A DNA stretch of 64,000 bases from an uncultured Nitrospiraceae bacterium (GTDB taxonomy: Bacteria > Nitrospirota > Nitrospiria > Nitrospirales > Nitrospiraceae). The position numbers and the translations under genes were made by a program. Under the pieces are notes generated by a model that saw only the letters and a list, made by a program, of their open reading frames with translations, was not told the DNA's origin and searched no databases. Location: NCBI GenBank assembly GCA_963706325.1, contig CAVPLT010000004.1, positions 736,001 to 800,000 on the forward strand, read 5' to 3'. Below, in pieces: positions 30,714 to 40,885 of the stretch (positions are counted from its first letter, which is position 1; each line of letters opens with the position of its first letter).

Positions 30714-32087
30714 ATGACCTCATCACAGGCGCGTGTACTTATTGTCGATGACAATGCGGAGACGGTCTCCGTTCTGCGGGATATTTTGTCGAGGGAGGGG
30801 TATCAGATTTCGTCCGCCGGCGATCCGAAGGCTGCGCACAGTTATCTGGAAAAATTCTCCGCTGATATGATTCTGACCGATCTCCATTTGCCGCAAGTAG
30901 ATGGATTAACATTTTTGAGCCAAGTGCGCGAGCACTCGAAGGACATCCCCGTGGTGCTCATGACCGCCTACGGTTCTCTCCGCACCGCCGTCGAGGGGCT
31001 CAAGGCTGGCGCATTCGACTATCTGAGCAAACCGTTCATGGATGATGAGGTGCGGCTGGTGGTGCGCCGGGCGCTCGAGCAAAAGTACAATGCCTCGCCG
31101 GGCCCAATGCCTTCCGATCCTCTGCCGCAGCCCCCCGTATTCGAGAATTTGATCGGCAGCAGTCCTGCAATGGTGAATGTGTACAAGGCGGTCGCTCGCG
31201 TCGCGCAAGCGGACACCACAGTCCTCCTACAAGGTGAGAGTGGCACTGGCAAAGAACTGATCGCCCGCGCAATCCATGATAATGGGCCTCGTAGCGCCGG
31301 TCCGTTTGTGACGGTCGATGGGAGTGCGTTGGCTGAAACACTTCTGGAGTCGGAATTGTTCGGCCATGAACGCGGATCTTTCACCGGGGCGGTCGCCACG
31401 CGCAAAGGTTTGCTCGAACGGGCGCATTCGGGGACATGTTTCCTGGACGAGGTCGCGGATCTATCGCCTGCGTTGCAAGGAAAGCTACTTCGTGCCCTTC
31501 AAGAAAAAGAGATTCGTCGAGTCGGCAGTAATGCCCCGACGATGCTGGATGTCAGGATTATTGCGGCTTCGAAGACGCCTCTTGAGCCGTTAGTGAAAGC
31601 CGGCACGTTTCGAGAGGATTTATATTATCGAATGAACGTGGTGACTATTGAGATCCCGCCCCTCCGCGAGAGGGCTGAGGATATCCCTCTTTTGGCCCAG
31701 CGCTTTGTTCAAACCTATGGTTCCACGGCAGCCACTCCGGTAACCGGCATTTCTCCTGAAGCCATGCGCCTCATCAGCGACTACTGGTGGCCGGGAAACG
31801 TGCGTGAACTGGAACATGCGATCGAGCGGGCAGTCGCGCTGAGCTCCCATTCGATTATTTGCCCGGAGGATCTTCCGCCCGCAGTGAAAAACGTTCAACC
31901 GCAAGCAGCGGCTCGCGCCCAGGGATGGGTCACGTTGGAGGATTTGGAACGTGACCACATCCTGCGCGTGCTGGAGTCTCATGAGCGCGACCTGAGCCGT
32001 TCAGCCTCGATTCTGGGCATCCATCGCAAGACTCTCCTCCGTAAACTCCGTCAATACGGCATCGCATCCGGCTATGGTGTCGCCTGA
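30714..32087 (+). CDS. Sigma54-dependent response regulator (NtrC family: REC-AAA-Fis HTH)
   Basis: REC domain, GESGTGKE, GSFTGA, FLDEV, WPGNVREL and HTH. Confidence 0.95.
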   Translation: MTSSQARVLIVDDNAETVSVLRDILSREGYQISSAGDPKAAHSYLEKFSADMILTDLHLPQVDGLTFLSQVREHSKDIPVVLMTAYGSLRTAVEGLKAGAFDYLSKPFMDDEVRLVVRRALEQKYNASPGPMPSDPLPQPPVFENLIGSSPAMVNVYKAVARVAQADTTVLLQGESGTGKELIARAIHDNGPRSAGPFVTVDGSALAETLLESELFGHERGSFTGAVATRKGLLERAHSGTCFLDEVADLSPALQGKLLRALQEKEIRRVGSNAPTMLDVRIIAASKTPLEPLVKAGTFREDLYYRMNVVTIEIPPLRERAEDIPLLAQRFVQTYGSTAATPVTGISPEAMRLISDYWWPGNVRELEHAIERAVALSSHSIICPEDLPPAVKNVQPQAAARAQGWVTLEDLERDHILRVLESHERDLSRSASILGIHRKTLLRKLRQYGIASGYGVA

Positions 32088-32092
32088 CGAGG

Positions 32093-32980
32093 CTATCGAC
32101 CCACGCGATCGTGCGGCGTCTCACTGGCCGGTGGCGGAACAGCAATGTCGATGACTTTATTATCCGTGTCGACCAGTAGGATGACGGAGTCGCCCTTGTG
32201 AAGCTTGGCGATTTTTTCCTGCACAGTTGTTCGCACCTCAAATTTTGTTTCCAGGCCACCGGAAGGCTGCAAGGTGATTTGACTCCCATCAAAAACGGTG
32301 GCAATCGTTCCACTGACCTGCTTATGAGCACCCTTGATGGGCGGTTTCGGCATCGGCTGCTGGTGCGATTGTTTGACCGCCTGCACCCCGGCAAACGAGG
32401 CGTCGGCCACTTGATTGGTTTCATCGAGTAAGAAGACCGCTGGTGTCCCAACCGGTATGGCGGCGAGTTTGCTTCGCGCCTGGGACCGTATGACGAAAGA
32501 CTGTTCTTTATCGCCACTTCGAATGACCACCGTATCGTGTCCAACGGTGAGATTTTGAGCCACCTCCCCCCGGATAATCGTATGCGCGCTCGCTTCGCCG
32601 TCTAGGGGGTGGTAGTCGACCAATAGGTTTTCAGCGTTCAGGACTATGATGAGATCGTCTCCTTCTTTCACTTCCGGGAAACCCTTCTGCTTCGCTTGCG
32701 TAAGCGGAAGGTAACGAGGTTGGACTTCTCCGATATCTACTTTGATCTGATCCGACGCTACCGATTGCACTTTTCCTAACACGGACCGGTTCGCCTTCAG
32801 CAGCGTTTCAGCGTCTTCACGGAGCTGAGCGTTCTCGGCTTTCTCCGAAGCATGGCCGCTGTCGCTCCACGCCATCGGCGCCACGGTGCCAAGCACCATG
32901 GAAGACATAGCGAGCACGATTGTCGCGCGATAGGTAACCGGCAATTTGGCTCTGCAAAAATCGTTTCTAGTGCGGGTCAT
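32093..32980 (-). CDS. Exported hypothetical protein with repeated small beta domains
   Basis: GGAGG RBS before ATG at 32980; signal-like segment; three repeats ending in the pattern GDxxIxxL/VD..N..VD. Confidence 0.7.
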   Translation of the reverse strand: MTRTRNDFCRAKLPVTYRATIVLAMSSMVLGTVAPMAWSDSGHASEKAENAQLREDAETLLKANRSVLGKVQSVASDQIKVDIGEVQPRYLPLTQAKQKGFPEVKEGDDLIIVLNAENLLVDYHPLDGEASAHTIIRGEVAQNLTVGHDTVVIRSGDKEQSFVIRSQARSKLAAIPVGTPAVFLLDETNQVADASFAGVQAVKQSHQQPMPKPPIKGAHKQVSGTIATVFDGSQITLQPSGGLETKFEVRTTVQEKIAKLHKGDSVILLVDTDNKVIDIAVPPPASETPHDRVGR

Positions 32981-33299
32981 CCTCTCTCCTCCCAATCCAT
33001 GCCATCGGTCGCTGCGGTTGTTGAAAAGCAAGAGATAGGCCAAGACGATGTGAGGAGTGCTTTCCCGTGGTGGATAGCGGTTTCTCAGATCCATGACGTC
33101 TTCTGCACGAAGGAATTCCAATGAATGGCGGCGGACAAACTGTCTCACGGGGGACATTCCATCCATGTTTTCGATCATCTGAACTGCAGGCGCGGCGGAA
33201 CGATTTGCCAAGAACGGCTTGTAAGAATTTGCAAAACCTGCGCAGGGCAGTGCCTCCCTTCTCACTGAGGCGCCGCGGGGCACGCAGGCAAATTGTTTA

Positions 33300-33315
33300 C
33301 GGCACTGCTCTTGCT
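33300..33315 (+). promoter_or_regulatory. Putative sigma54 promoter
   Basis: CGGCACTGCTCTTGCT (GG-N10-GC); near-palindrome TTGTAAGAATTTGCAA about 70 bp upstream. Confidence 0.55.
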
Positions 33316-33465
33316 CCAGTCCCCTGATAAGGGCGCTTGAAATGAAGATAGTGGTAAAGCTGTAGCGACGTGGAAAGACCTGCGACCACGTGGATGGACG
33401 ATCGCCCATCCTACTGTGTGGCCAAAGATCAAAGCCTTCACGAATGTCTGTAAGGAAGTGCGACC

Positions 33466-33630
33466 ATGTTGAAACCACCAAACCCGATCAAAGAACCAGG
33501 GCCAACCAAACCTCCGAGGCAAGAACCTCCGGATGACCCTCCTCCGCGGCAGGACCCGCCGACCCAAGAGCCACTTCGAAAGGATCCCGATGACGAGGGT
33601 TCACCCATGGAAGTGGAGGTGCCAGCATGA
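33466..33630 (+). CDS. Pro/Asp/Glu-rich microprotein (54 aa), not in ORF track
   Basis: MLKPPNPIKEPGPTKPPRQEPPDDPPPRQDPPTQEPLRKDPDDEGSPMEVEVPA; TAAGGA RBS; ATGA overlap with the next gene. Confidence 0.6.
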   Translation: MLKPPNPIKEPGPTKPPRQEPPDDPPPRQDPPTQEPLRKDPDDEGSPMEVEVPA

Positions 33631-33827
33631 CGACCTTACTGGTTGCCATCGTACTGCTCGGTATCATCATGACCGCTTTGTATGCGTTTGGGATCTTCAA
33701 TACGCCCTACACGGATGCCTTTCGCATCGGATTCTATTTATTTTCGGTGATGGGTCTCGTCGCGGCTGTCTTGGTCCTGGGCCGGCAGCCATTTGAAGGC
33801 TACGATCCTACACCGGGTACACCGTAG
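33627..33827 (+). CDS. Small 2-TM membrane protein
   Basis: Two hydrophobic helices; GGAGG RBS. Confidence 0.7.
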   Translation: MTTLLVAIVLLGIIMTALYAFGIFNTPYTDAFRIGFYLFSVMGLVAAVLVLGRQPFEGYDPTPGTP

Positions 33828-33848
33828 GTTCACGAAAGGCGAACGTGC

Positions 33849-34937
33849 ATGAAAAACTCTGTCACTCAACGTGCTAAACATCGGCCTCTCGTCGTCGTCA
33901 TCACGGGCGCATCCGCCGGTGTCGGGCGAGCGACCGTGCGGGAATTCGCCAAACGAGGAGCTCATATTGGTCTGGTCGCTCGCGGCCGGGATGGGCTTGA
34001 GGCGGCAGGCCGTGAGGTTGAAGCGGCGGGCGGGCGCGCACTGGTCATTCCTACGGATGTGGCGAGTCACGAGCAGGTTGAGGCGGCAGCCGGTGCGGTC
34101 GAACGTCACTTCGGCCCTATCGATGTCTGGATAAACAACGCGATGGCATCGATCCTGTCGCCTGCCATAAACATTACCGCTGAAGAATTTCGTCGCGTCA
34201 CGGACGTGACATATCACGGCTATGTATACGGCACGCTGGCCGCTCTCCGCCGCATGCAACCTCGTGATTGCGGCGTAATCGTGCAGGTCGGGTCGGCTCT
34301 GGCGTACCGTTCAATCCCGCTCCAATCGGCCTATTGTGGAGCGAAACATGCCGTGCAGGGATTCGTCGACTCGGTGCGCTCGGAACTGATTCACGACGGG
34401 AGTCATGTCCATATCACAACTGTCCAATTGCCGGCGGTCAATACGCCCCAATTTAGTTGGATAAAATCGCGCATGCCGCGCCACCCTCAGCCGGTCCCTC
34501 CCATTTACCAGCCTGAGGTTATTGCGCGAGCGATCTATTGGGCTGCCTGCCACCGACGTCGTGAAGTGTGTGTGGGTTGGCCGACCGTCAAAGCCGTCAT
34601 CGGCAACAAATTTATTCCTGGTCTACTCGATCACTACCTGGCCTGGATGGGGCGCCGCGCGCAACAGACCGATCAGCCGATCGCTTCTGACCGCCCTAAC
34701 AACCTCTTTGAGCCGCTACCCGGAGACTACGGCGCACACGGCCGATTCGATGAGGGTGCGTGTCAAGTGAGCGTTCAGTTTTGGCTGAATCGACACCGGC
34801 ATTGGTTGGGCGTGGCTGCGTTCGGTGTGGCCGCGTTGGCGGCTCACCGTTGGATTGGGCGGGACGATGACCGGCGAAGACAGCCGCCCCAGTCCAGTTG
34901 GGAAGGTCCAAAAGAGAAGCAGGAGATCTATGGGTAG
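33849..34937 (+). CDS. SDR family oxidoreductase
   Basis: TGASAGVG, WINNA, YCGAK and PAVNTP. Confidence 0.92.
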   Translation: MKNSVTQRAKHRPLVVVITGASAGVGRATVREFAKRGAHIGLVARGRDGLEAAGREVEAAGGRALVIPTDVASHEQVEAAAGAVERHFGPIDVWINNAMASILSPAINITAEEFRRVTDVTYHGYVYGTLAALRRMQPRDCGVIVQVGSALAYRSIPLQSAYCGAKHAVQGFVDSVRSELIHDGSHVHITTVQLPAVNTPQFSWIKSRMPRHPQPVPPIYQPEVIARAIYWAACHRRREVCVGWPTVKAVIGNKFIPGLLDHYLAWMGRRAQQTDQPIASDRPNNLFEPLPGDYGAHGRFDEGACQVSVQFWLNRHRHWLGVAAFGVAALAAHRWIGRDDDRRRQPPQSSWEGPKEKQEIYG

Positions 34938-35087
34938 GCCTGCGTCATTCCTTTATCACCGCCTGGCCAGTCCGGGGCGCCTCGGTGATGGGGAAGACAG
35001 AGCACCTATGGCCAGAATACATCCGAAGCCTGTTAACGAGGTCGAATGTTTCAGAGTGATGGAGAAAACGGTGAAGGCGTGGAGCAC

Positions 35088-35630
35088 ATGAAACAAAAAG
35101 CGGTCTTTTTTGCCACGAAGGGGTTAGTGGGGAACGAGAGCTTGCACCTCGACCCAACTTCACCATTGCTTACATCGGAAGAATGGAAGGCGCTTCGGCT
35201 TTTGACGCTCGCGGGATATACCATCGTGTTGTTTACCACGAAGAACATCCCGCATTACGCACCATGCCGAAACCATGAGTGGAGCGTCCCTTACGATGGG
35301 GCTAGGAATCAGCCGCTCTCTCAACATCCCAACGAGGTGAGCAAACAGGTCACGACACTGCTTGAAGCGACGGCCAAACTACGGGTCGACTTGTCAGGAT
35401 CTTGGATGGTCGGTGATCGGCTCGATAGTATTGAGGTTGGACGGCTAGTGGGGTGCAGCACAATTTTTGTGGCCAACGGAAGCGAATCGAGATGGGATAT
35501 GACGGCCATGCGGTGGCCTCATTTGATTGCAGGGGATCTTTGGGAGACGGCCTGTTTGATTGTGACCTCTGACGGGTCGTCTGTTGAAGGTTTGTCGTCT
35601 CATCTCGAGGATGATATGGACAGTATATAA
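35088..35630 (+). CDS. Degenerate HAD-IIIA (GmhB-like) protein
   Basis: DLSGSWMVGDRLDSIEVGRLVGC tail is retained, but motif I DxD is replaced (KAVFFATKG). Confidence 0.6.
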   Translation: MKQKAVFFATKGLVGNESLHLDPTSPLLTSEEWKALRLLTLAGYTIVLFTTKNIPHYAPCRNHEWSVPYDGARNQPLSQHPNEVSKQVTTLLEATAKLRVDLSGSWMVGDRLDSIEVGRLVGCSTIFVANGSESRWDMTAMRWPHLIAGDLWETACLIVTSDGSSVEGLSSHLEDDMDSI

Positions 35631-35702
35631 ACACCGCCTGCTCATTCCAGTGTTGATGGGGTTGAGCTGAGGGATGACATTCAGTGAGACCTATAGACTG
35701 CA

Positions 35703-35924
35703 TTATCTGCCAAGGCCCACGATCCCCACACGTATGCGAGCTCCTCTCTTGGGCCATTGCTCTTTAGGGTCGAGAACGCGACCTCTATTCGAACAAATAA
35801 GCTGGTCGACGATCTCACCGCAGGCAAAACAACGCCATGCAGCGGCCTCATTGTTCATCAATCCACCTGCTCCATCACGAAGCTCAACCGGGAACATCAT
35901 ACTGTGACAGCGATGACAGCGCAT
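35703..35924 (-). CDS. Small Zn-ribbon protein
   Basis: MRCHRC...WRCFACGEIVD; AGAGGA RBS. Confidence 0.8.
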   Translation of the reverse strand: MRCHRCHSMMFPVELRDGAGGLMNNEAAAWRCFACGEIVDQLICSNRGRVLDPKEQWPKRGARIRVGIVGLGR

Positions 35925-35982
35925 GTGTGTGTCCTCTTAATGTGATGAGCTGCATGTTAGAAAGGACTGAATGAATTCGGCA

Positions 35983-36045
35983 CTAGGATCTACCCTAGCC
36001 GAATCACGCTCGAAGGAGTTTCTGTACCGCTAGGGTTGTCCCTAG
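35983..36045. promoter_or_regulatory. Two perfect CTAGG-N6-CCTAG palindromes between divergent genes
   Basis: CTAGGATCTACCCTAG (35983-35998) and CTAGGGTTGTCCCTAG (36030-36045). Confidence 0.7.
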
Positions 36046-36177
36046 TGGGCAGGGGTATAGTCCATCCGTACAGTGCCCCACAGCGGGAGAGTGATGCATA
36101 GGCGACCTTGGTGCCATCCCTCTATCTGTTTGCTCAGCCGAAGGACGAATGGACCGTCCAAAAAGTGAGGTGTTCAG

Positions 36178-37635
36178 GTGTGTCTTTTTAAAACACAGGG
36201 TCGAATTCTGGCCTGGTTTTTCGCGATAGGTGGGACGTTTCTGTTCTTGACCGAGGGCGGAGCGGTCGCGCAGCCAGAGAACTCTCAGGATGAAAGACGG
36301 CCTCAAGGGAATCGCGCGATTGAGAAGAAGAAGGAAAAGGGCTTCGAGGGAGTAGATTTTTCTTATGATTTGTTCGGCGCTCCTCCTGGTCAATCCGCCA
36401 CTAAGATTGCAGAAGAAGTCATGGCGAAAGACGTGGCCGACAAGCCCAAGGTGATGGCCAAGCAAGTACAGCTGTTGAAGGAGCGCTACAGACTGGATTG
36501 CAAAATCCACTCCGGCGTTATGATGACCAAAGGAAAGCCGCAGCCCATAGGGCCTACGGTCCAATTGAAAGAAGGCGTCGGCTGGGACAAGTTGTCGGAG
36601 ATGACCCCGGAGGAAATCCGGAAACAGAAAGTATTTCCCGCCGGATTCATGCGATTACCGCACGTCAAACACGATGTCGGTGGGCAGGTCTTTCCTCAAA
36701 AGCAGATCGACCAGTTTCCTCGGCTCGAACGATTCGATGTGGATTTCGACCTTCCGGATTGTTTTCTCCCGGAGTTTCCGCCGCCGATTTTCTTGACGAC
36801 TCATCCTGAGCTGGGTGATGTGTCGCAGGGAGAAGTGTTGAGTGCGGACAATTTCGATCGTTTATTTCGAGGCTTGATCACTCCAGTTCAACTGGATGGC
36901 CTGAGAATGTTGGTGACTCAATTTCCACAAGAGGAGTTCAATCTCACGCCCGATCGGAAATCGCCCAAGCCCAGCCTGGGCGTCGCCTGCTTGGATTGTC
37001 ACGTGAACTTTCATACCACCGGGCAGTTTCATTTAAATCCCGATACGAGACCGCAACGGGATCGACTCAGATTGGACACCGTCAGCTTGAGGGGAATGTT
37101 CAATCAGCAGATTCATGGATCGAAACGAAGCATTCGATCGGTGGAAGATTTTACGGAATTTGAACAGCGCACCGCTTATTTTAACGGCGATCAAATCCGA
37201 GCCATCAAAAAGGGGATGAATGTGATCGATCGGCTGCAGGTCGCCCACATGGCACAGATTCAAAACATGATCGATTTTCCCCCGGCCCCGAAGCTGGATC
37301 CCATGACCGGGCGGCTGGATCGTACCAGGGCCGATCAGCAGGAGATTGCCGGCGAGGAGCTCTTCTTCGGTAAAGCGCGTTGTGCGGCCTGCCATCAACC
37401 TCCCGCCTATACCGATCATATGATGCATGATCTGTTTCTCGAGCGGTTTGGCGCCGAAGCGGACGGGCCGATCAAATCCTTTGCGCTGCGGGGCATCAAG
37501 GATTCACCGCCCTATTTCCATGATGGCCGATTGCTTACGTTGGAGGACACGGTCGAGTTCTTCAACCTCGTCGGTGGGCTGAAGCTGAACCGTGAAGAGA
37601 AAGCTGCGTTGGTCGCTTTCATGCGCGCACTATAA
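36178..37635 (+). CDS. Exported diheme c-type cytochrome (CcP/MauG-like superfamily)
   Basis: Signal peptide; CLDCH and CAACH; SLRG and LRGIKDSPPYFHDG motifs. Confidence 0.85.
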   Translation: MCLFKTQGRILAWFFAIGGTFLFLTEGGAVAQPENSQDERRPQGNRAIEKKKEKGFEGVDFSYDLFGAPPGQSATKIAEEVMAKDVADKPKVMAKQVQLLKERYRLDCKIHSGVMMTKGKPQPIGPTVQLKEGVGWDKLSEMTPEEIRKQKVFPAGFMRLPHVKHDVGGQVFPQKQIDQFPRLERFDVDFDLPDCFLPEFPPPIFLTTHPELGDVSQGEVLSADNFDRLFRGLITPVQLDGLRMLVTQFPQEEFNLTPDRKSPKPSLGVACLDCHVNFHTTGQFHLNPDTRPQRDRLRLDTVSLRGMFNQQIHGSKRSIRSVEDFTEFEQRTAYFNGDQIRAIKKGMNVIDRLQVAHMAQIQNMIDFPPAPKLDPMTGRLDRTRADQQEIAGEELFFGKARCAACHQPPAYTDHMMHDLFLERFGAEADGPIKSFALRGIKDSPPYFHDGRLLTLEDTVEFFNLVGGLKLNREEKAALVAFMRAL

Positions 37636-37714
37636 CCTCATGCCGTTCACCACATAAAGAGGCCGCTGTTTGCACCATTGACCGATCGACCCAGGGACGA
37701 TGGAGAAGGGAATC

Positions 37715-38278
37715 ATGATCGCAATCGGAAAAATTATTCCAGACGGCACCTATCAGGCGTATCACGAAGAAAAGATCCGGCCGGTGGCCCTCAATGAGTT
37801 TCGGGGGCAGTGGCTGATCCTCATGTTTTACCCAGGAGATTTCACCTTTGTCTGTCCGACGGAATTGGCTGAGACCGGCCGACTCTATCCGGAGTTCAAA
37901 AAATTGGGAGCGGAAGTGTGCGGGGTGAGCACCGATTCGGTCTATGTTCATAAGGCCTGGCATGACAGTTCCCCGACGATTCGATCCGTCAACTTCCCTT
38001 TTATCGCCGATACCACCGCCTCCCTCAGCCGGGCATTTGGTGTCTATCTGGAAGATGAGGGCGTGGCGTTGCGGGGGACCTTCCTCATTGATCCCGATGG
38101 TGTCTTGCGCGCGTTTGAAGTCCACGACAACAGCATAGGACGGCACGCCGGGGAAATGCTCCGCAAGCTGCAGGCGGCAATACGGGTGCGTGAGGGTGAG
38201 GGGGAAGTCTGTCCGGCTAGCTGGCAACCGGGACAGTCTACCTTGACCCCAAGCCTCGACCTGGTCGGAAAACTCTAA
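37715..38278 (+). CDS. ahpC: Typical 2-Cys peroxiredoxin
   Basis: FYPGDFTFVCPTE and GEVCPASW. Confidence 0.93.
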   Translation: MIAIGKIIPDGTYQAYHEEKIRPVALNEFRGQWLILMFYPGDFTFVCPTELAETGRLYPEFKKLGAEVCGVSTDSVYVHKAWHDSSPTIRSVNFPFIADTTASLSRAFGVYLEDEGVALRGTFLIDPDGVLRAFEVHDNSIGRHAGEMLRKLQAAIRVREGEGEVCPASWQPGQSTLTPSLDLVGKL

Positions 38279-38330
38279 ATCGTTTATCTATGAATCGTGC
38301 GATCGTCCTGCGCACGTGCATGGGCGACCG

Positions 38331-39692
38331 TTATGTCATTGGCCTGTTCCACCGGCGACCCTGGACGGAGGTAATCACGTCCAAGGCCGCCCGAAGACCA
38401 CTTTCCACTGCCCCGTTCATATAGCCCTGCCACCGAACGCTGGTATGTTCACCGGCGAAAAAACAGCGGCCATGAGGATGGCTCAGCCATTGACGCAGGG
38501 CCGGATCGTAGGACGTTGTGAAGGCCGCATAACCCCCTCCTGCCCAACGGTCGTTCTCCCACGTAATCTGCGTGAAGGCGAGTAAATCCGGCGGCGCAGG
38601 TCCCAGCCAGGAAAGAGCTGAGACGATTCCCTGGATGCCTCCCTTCTTAAGGGATTTTTCCGCTATACGGCTCGTCGAGCCGCCGGCCATCAGGGTGAGA
38701 ATGCCGGTCAGGCCGGATTGCTCCTCATTCGCGTCCCATATCGTTCCGAGGGGAAGATCAGTGGCGAAGGCCTTTCTGTGATGCCTGGCGCGCCAGAATC
38801 GTCGTTTGAATTGCAGCAGCGTTTTGGTTGCCGGTCCGTAGGGGAGGGTTGAGATAGCCTGATGCTGAGGCGGTGAAAGGGGTGGGTCGAACTGCAGAGA
38901 GCGCACGGTAGTCGCAGGACCTGTCACTACGACATAATCCGCCCGAAGCCTCTGGTGTGTTCCATTGTGATCCCGAGCCGTAACGAAAACTTTCCCTGGT
39001 GACTGCGCGATCTTCACCACTTCGATGCCCAGATGAATGGCGTCTCCCAGGAAGGCGGATAAACCTTGGGCCAATTGGTCGTTTCCGCCCTTCACGCGGA
39101 ACAACCGGCCTTCTCCAGGCGAACCGGCGATGAGTTGTTCGACCAGGATAAGCAGGGGAAGCTCCGTTGGGTCGATAAGAAAAAATCCTCGAAGGCCTTG
39201 GACCATCGCGCGAAGTTCCTCCTCCGCGACGATACTTTCCAACCATTGCGCCGCAGAGATTCTCGCCAGTTGATGCGCGACAGAGCTATCCCAACGTTGG
39301 TCGGCGAGTCGATAGGCCCTGATCAATGGGAGGAGATGGCGATGGAGACCGGCCCAGAGTTCAGTCCCGGATGTCAAGCGCGGCGCCGCGCCCTTGGGTC
39401 GGCGGGAGGCAAAGCTGAAGCCCTGGTTGAGCACGGGGACCAGTTCGAGATTGAGATGACGCGCCAATCTTCGAATCTCTTCCTGATCTTCATCGATGAA
39501 TTCCCCTCCGGCTTCAGCATGTTGAGCGCCCATGAAACCCTCGCGTATGGTCCAGACCCGTCCGCCGATGCGATCGCGCGCTTCCAGCACGAGCACGGTG
39601 GCGCCATCGCGTGACAGTTCGACCGCGGCGGTGAGACCGGCCAATCCTGCGCCGACGACAATCACCGACTTCCCTCGAAGACAGGGTGTCAT
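38331..39692 (-). CDS. Flavin monoamine oxidase family protein
   Basis: GAGLAGL, EARDRIGGRV, FAGEHTS and GYMNGAVESG; start MTPCLRGK after GGGAG. Confidence 0.9.
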   Translation of the reverse strand: MTPCLRGKSVIVVGAGLAGLTAAVELSRDGATVLVLEARDRIGGRVWTIREGFMGAQHAEAGGEFIDEDQEEIRRLARHLNLELVPVLNQGFSFASRRPKGAAPRLTSGTELWAGLHRHLLPLIRAYRLADQRWDSSVAHQLARISAAQWLESIVAEEELRAMVQGLRGFFLIDPTELPLLILVEQLIAGSPGEGRLFRVKGGNDQLAQGLSAFLGDAIHLGIEVVKIAQSPGKVFVTARDHNGTHQRLRADYVVVTGPATTVRSLQFDPPLSPPQHQAISTLPYGPATKTLLQFKRRFWRARHHRKAFATDLPLGTIWDANEEQSGLTGILTLMAGGSTSRIAEKSLKKGGIQGIVSALSWLGPAPPDLLAFTQITWENDRWAGGGYAAFTTSYDPALRQWLSHPHGRCFFAGEHTSVRWQGYMNGAVESGLRAALDVITSVQGRRWNRPMT

Positions 39693-40054
39693 CTCGATCT
39701 CCCATGTCTGGTGGTAGGCGTACGGGCCAGCCGTTGGCACCCGGCTATCAGGGTTGGGGTAACCGTGGCGGAGACGAGGTGCAAGGCGCCGAAAAGACTC
39801 GCGCCCGCGTGGAAGCTGTCCGCGATCCATCCGTAGAGCGTTATGCCGATCACTGCCCAAGGCCTGACGCCTGAATTAAAAGCACCAAAGACGCGCGCCA
39901 CGAGATTTTTGGGTGGCCTGAGAGGTGCCATGGTGCTCAGCCCGTCGCCGGTTTGGGAGATGACCTGACCTCGCCGTAGCCATGCGACGTCCCGGTTTTG
40001 AGACAGGGTGCGGCCGTCGGCTAGATGCGGCATGCTCACGGTGATGGTCGTCAT
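39689..40054 (-). pseudogene. Internally deleted MFS transporter remnant
   Basis: N-terminal QNRDVAWLRRGQVISQTGDGL is fused directly to C-terminal-type LVARVFGAFN..GWIAD; only 121 aa. Confidence 0.5.
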
Positions 40055-40468
40055 GCGTCTATCCGATCTTTGTCTAGTGGTTCAAGTTTCATCATGAATG
40101 ATTGATAGTCAGAGGAGCAAGGTGTCCGTATGACAGAAGGCCAATCCCATGCCCTCCATGTCGGCGGACATTGTCGGAGGAGCGAGCAGGGGCTCCAAGT
40201 TCTAGCTTCCTTGTGCGAAGGCGTGTCGGGAAGGTATCGCTTACGAGGGCGCAACTTACGATTCGCTTGCTAGGGATTTTGCCAGTTTTCTCACTGTTCC
40301 GATTTTTGTAAGGTCACAGCTACACTAGGCGGCAATCAGGAAGAGGTTTGTGTTAGGTAGGGACTCGATCCCGCGGATGTTTTGCATCATCCTGATTGTC
40401 TGGTGGGCGGGAAACTTCGCAATTGAGAGCATGGAACCCCTAGTGACTGCGAAGAGAATGACACCCTG

Positions 40469-40843
40469 ATGGCGAAGCGAAAAGTCAAAGAGTCTTCAGA
40501 AAAAGCAACAGAGCAGCCTTCAGGAATGGGGGCAGTGCTCAGCAATGCCGACGCAGCAACCACGCCATCAACGGCAACGGGCTTGCGTGCGATGGCCGTT
40601 ACATTCGTCGCGCCTGAAGCCAGCGCTGTTTCCATAGTTGGAGATTTCAATGACTGGCGGGTCGCGCGGCATCCATTGGAGATGACGGACGGCCAGAATT
40701 GGCACATCACATTACAGTTGGCGCCTGGCACCTACCAGTACAAATTCTTTATCGATGGCATCCGCTGGGAAGAAGACCCACAAAATCCCAATCGTGTCGT
40801 GAATGAGTTCGGTACCTCCAATTCGATTTTGGAGGTCCAGTAA
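40469..40843 (+). CDS. Glycogen-binding CBM48 / isoamylase early-set domain protein
   Basis: VSIVGDFNDW, GTYQYKFFIDG and NEFGTSNSIL. Confidence 0.9.
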   Translation: MAKRKVKESSEKATEQPSGMGAVLSNADAATTPSTATGLRAMAVTFVAPEASAVSIVGDFNDWRVARHPLEMTDGQNWHITLQLAPGTYQYKFFIDGIRWEEDPQNPNRVVNEFGTSNSILEVQ

Positions 40844-40885
40844 GAGACTTGGGCACTGCATTTCATTCCCTTGGCATCGCTCACT

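Noticed and set aside
32981..33481. N-terminal 166 aa of the 462-aa ORF
   Set aside because: Non-protein-like, overlaps a promoter and the opposite-strand gene, and a strong RBS precedes ATG 32980.
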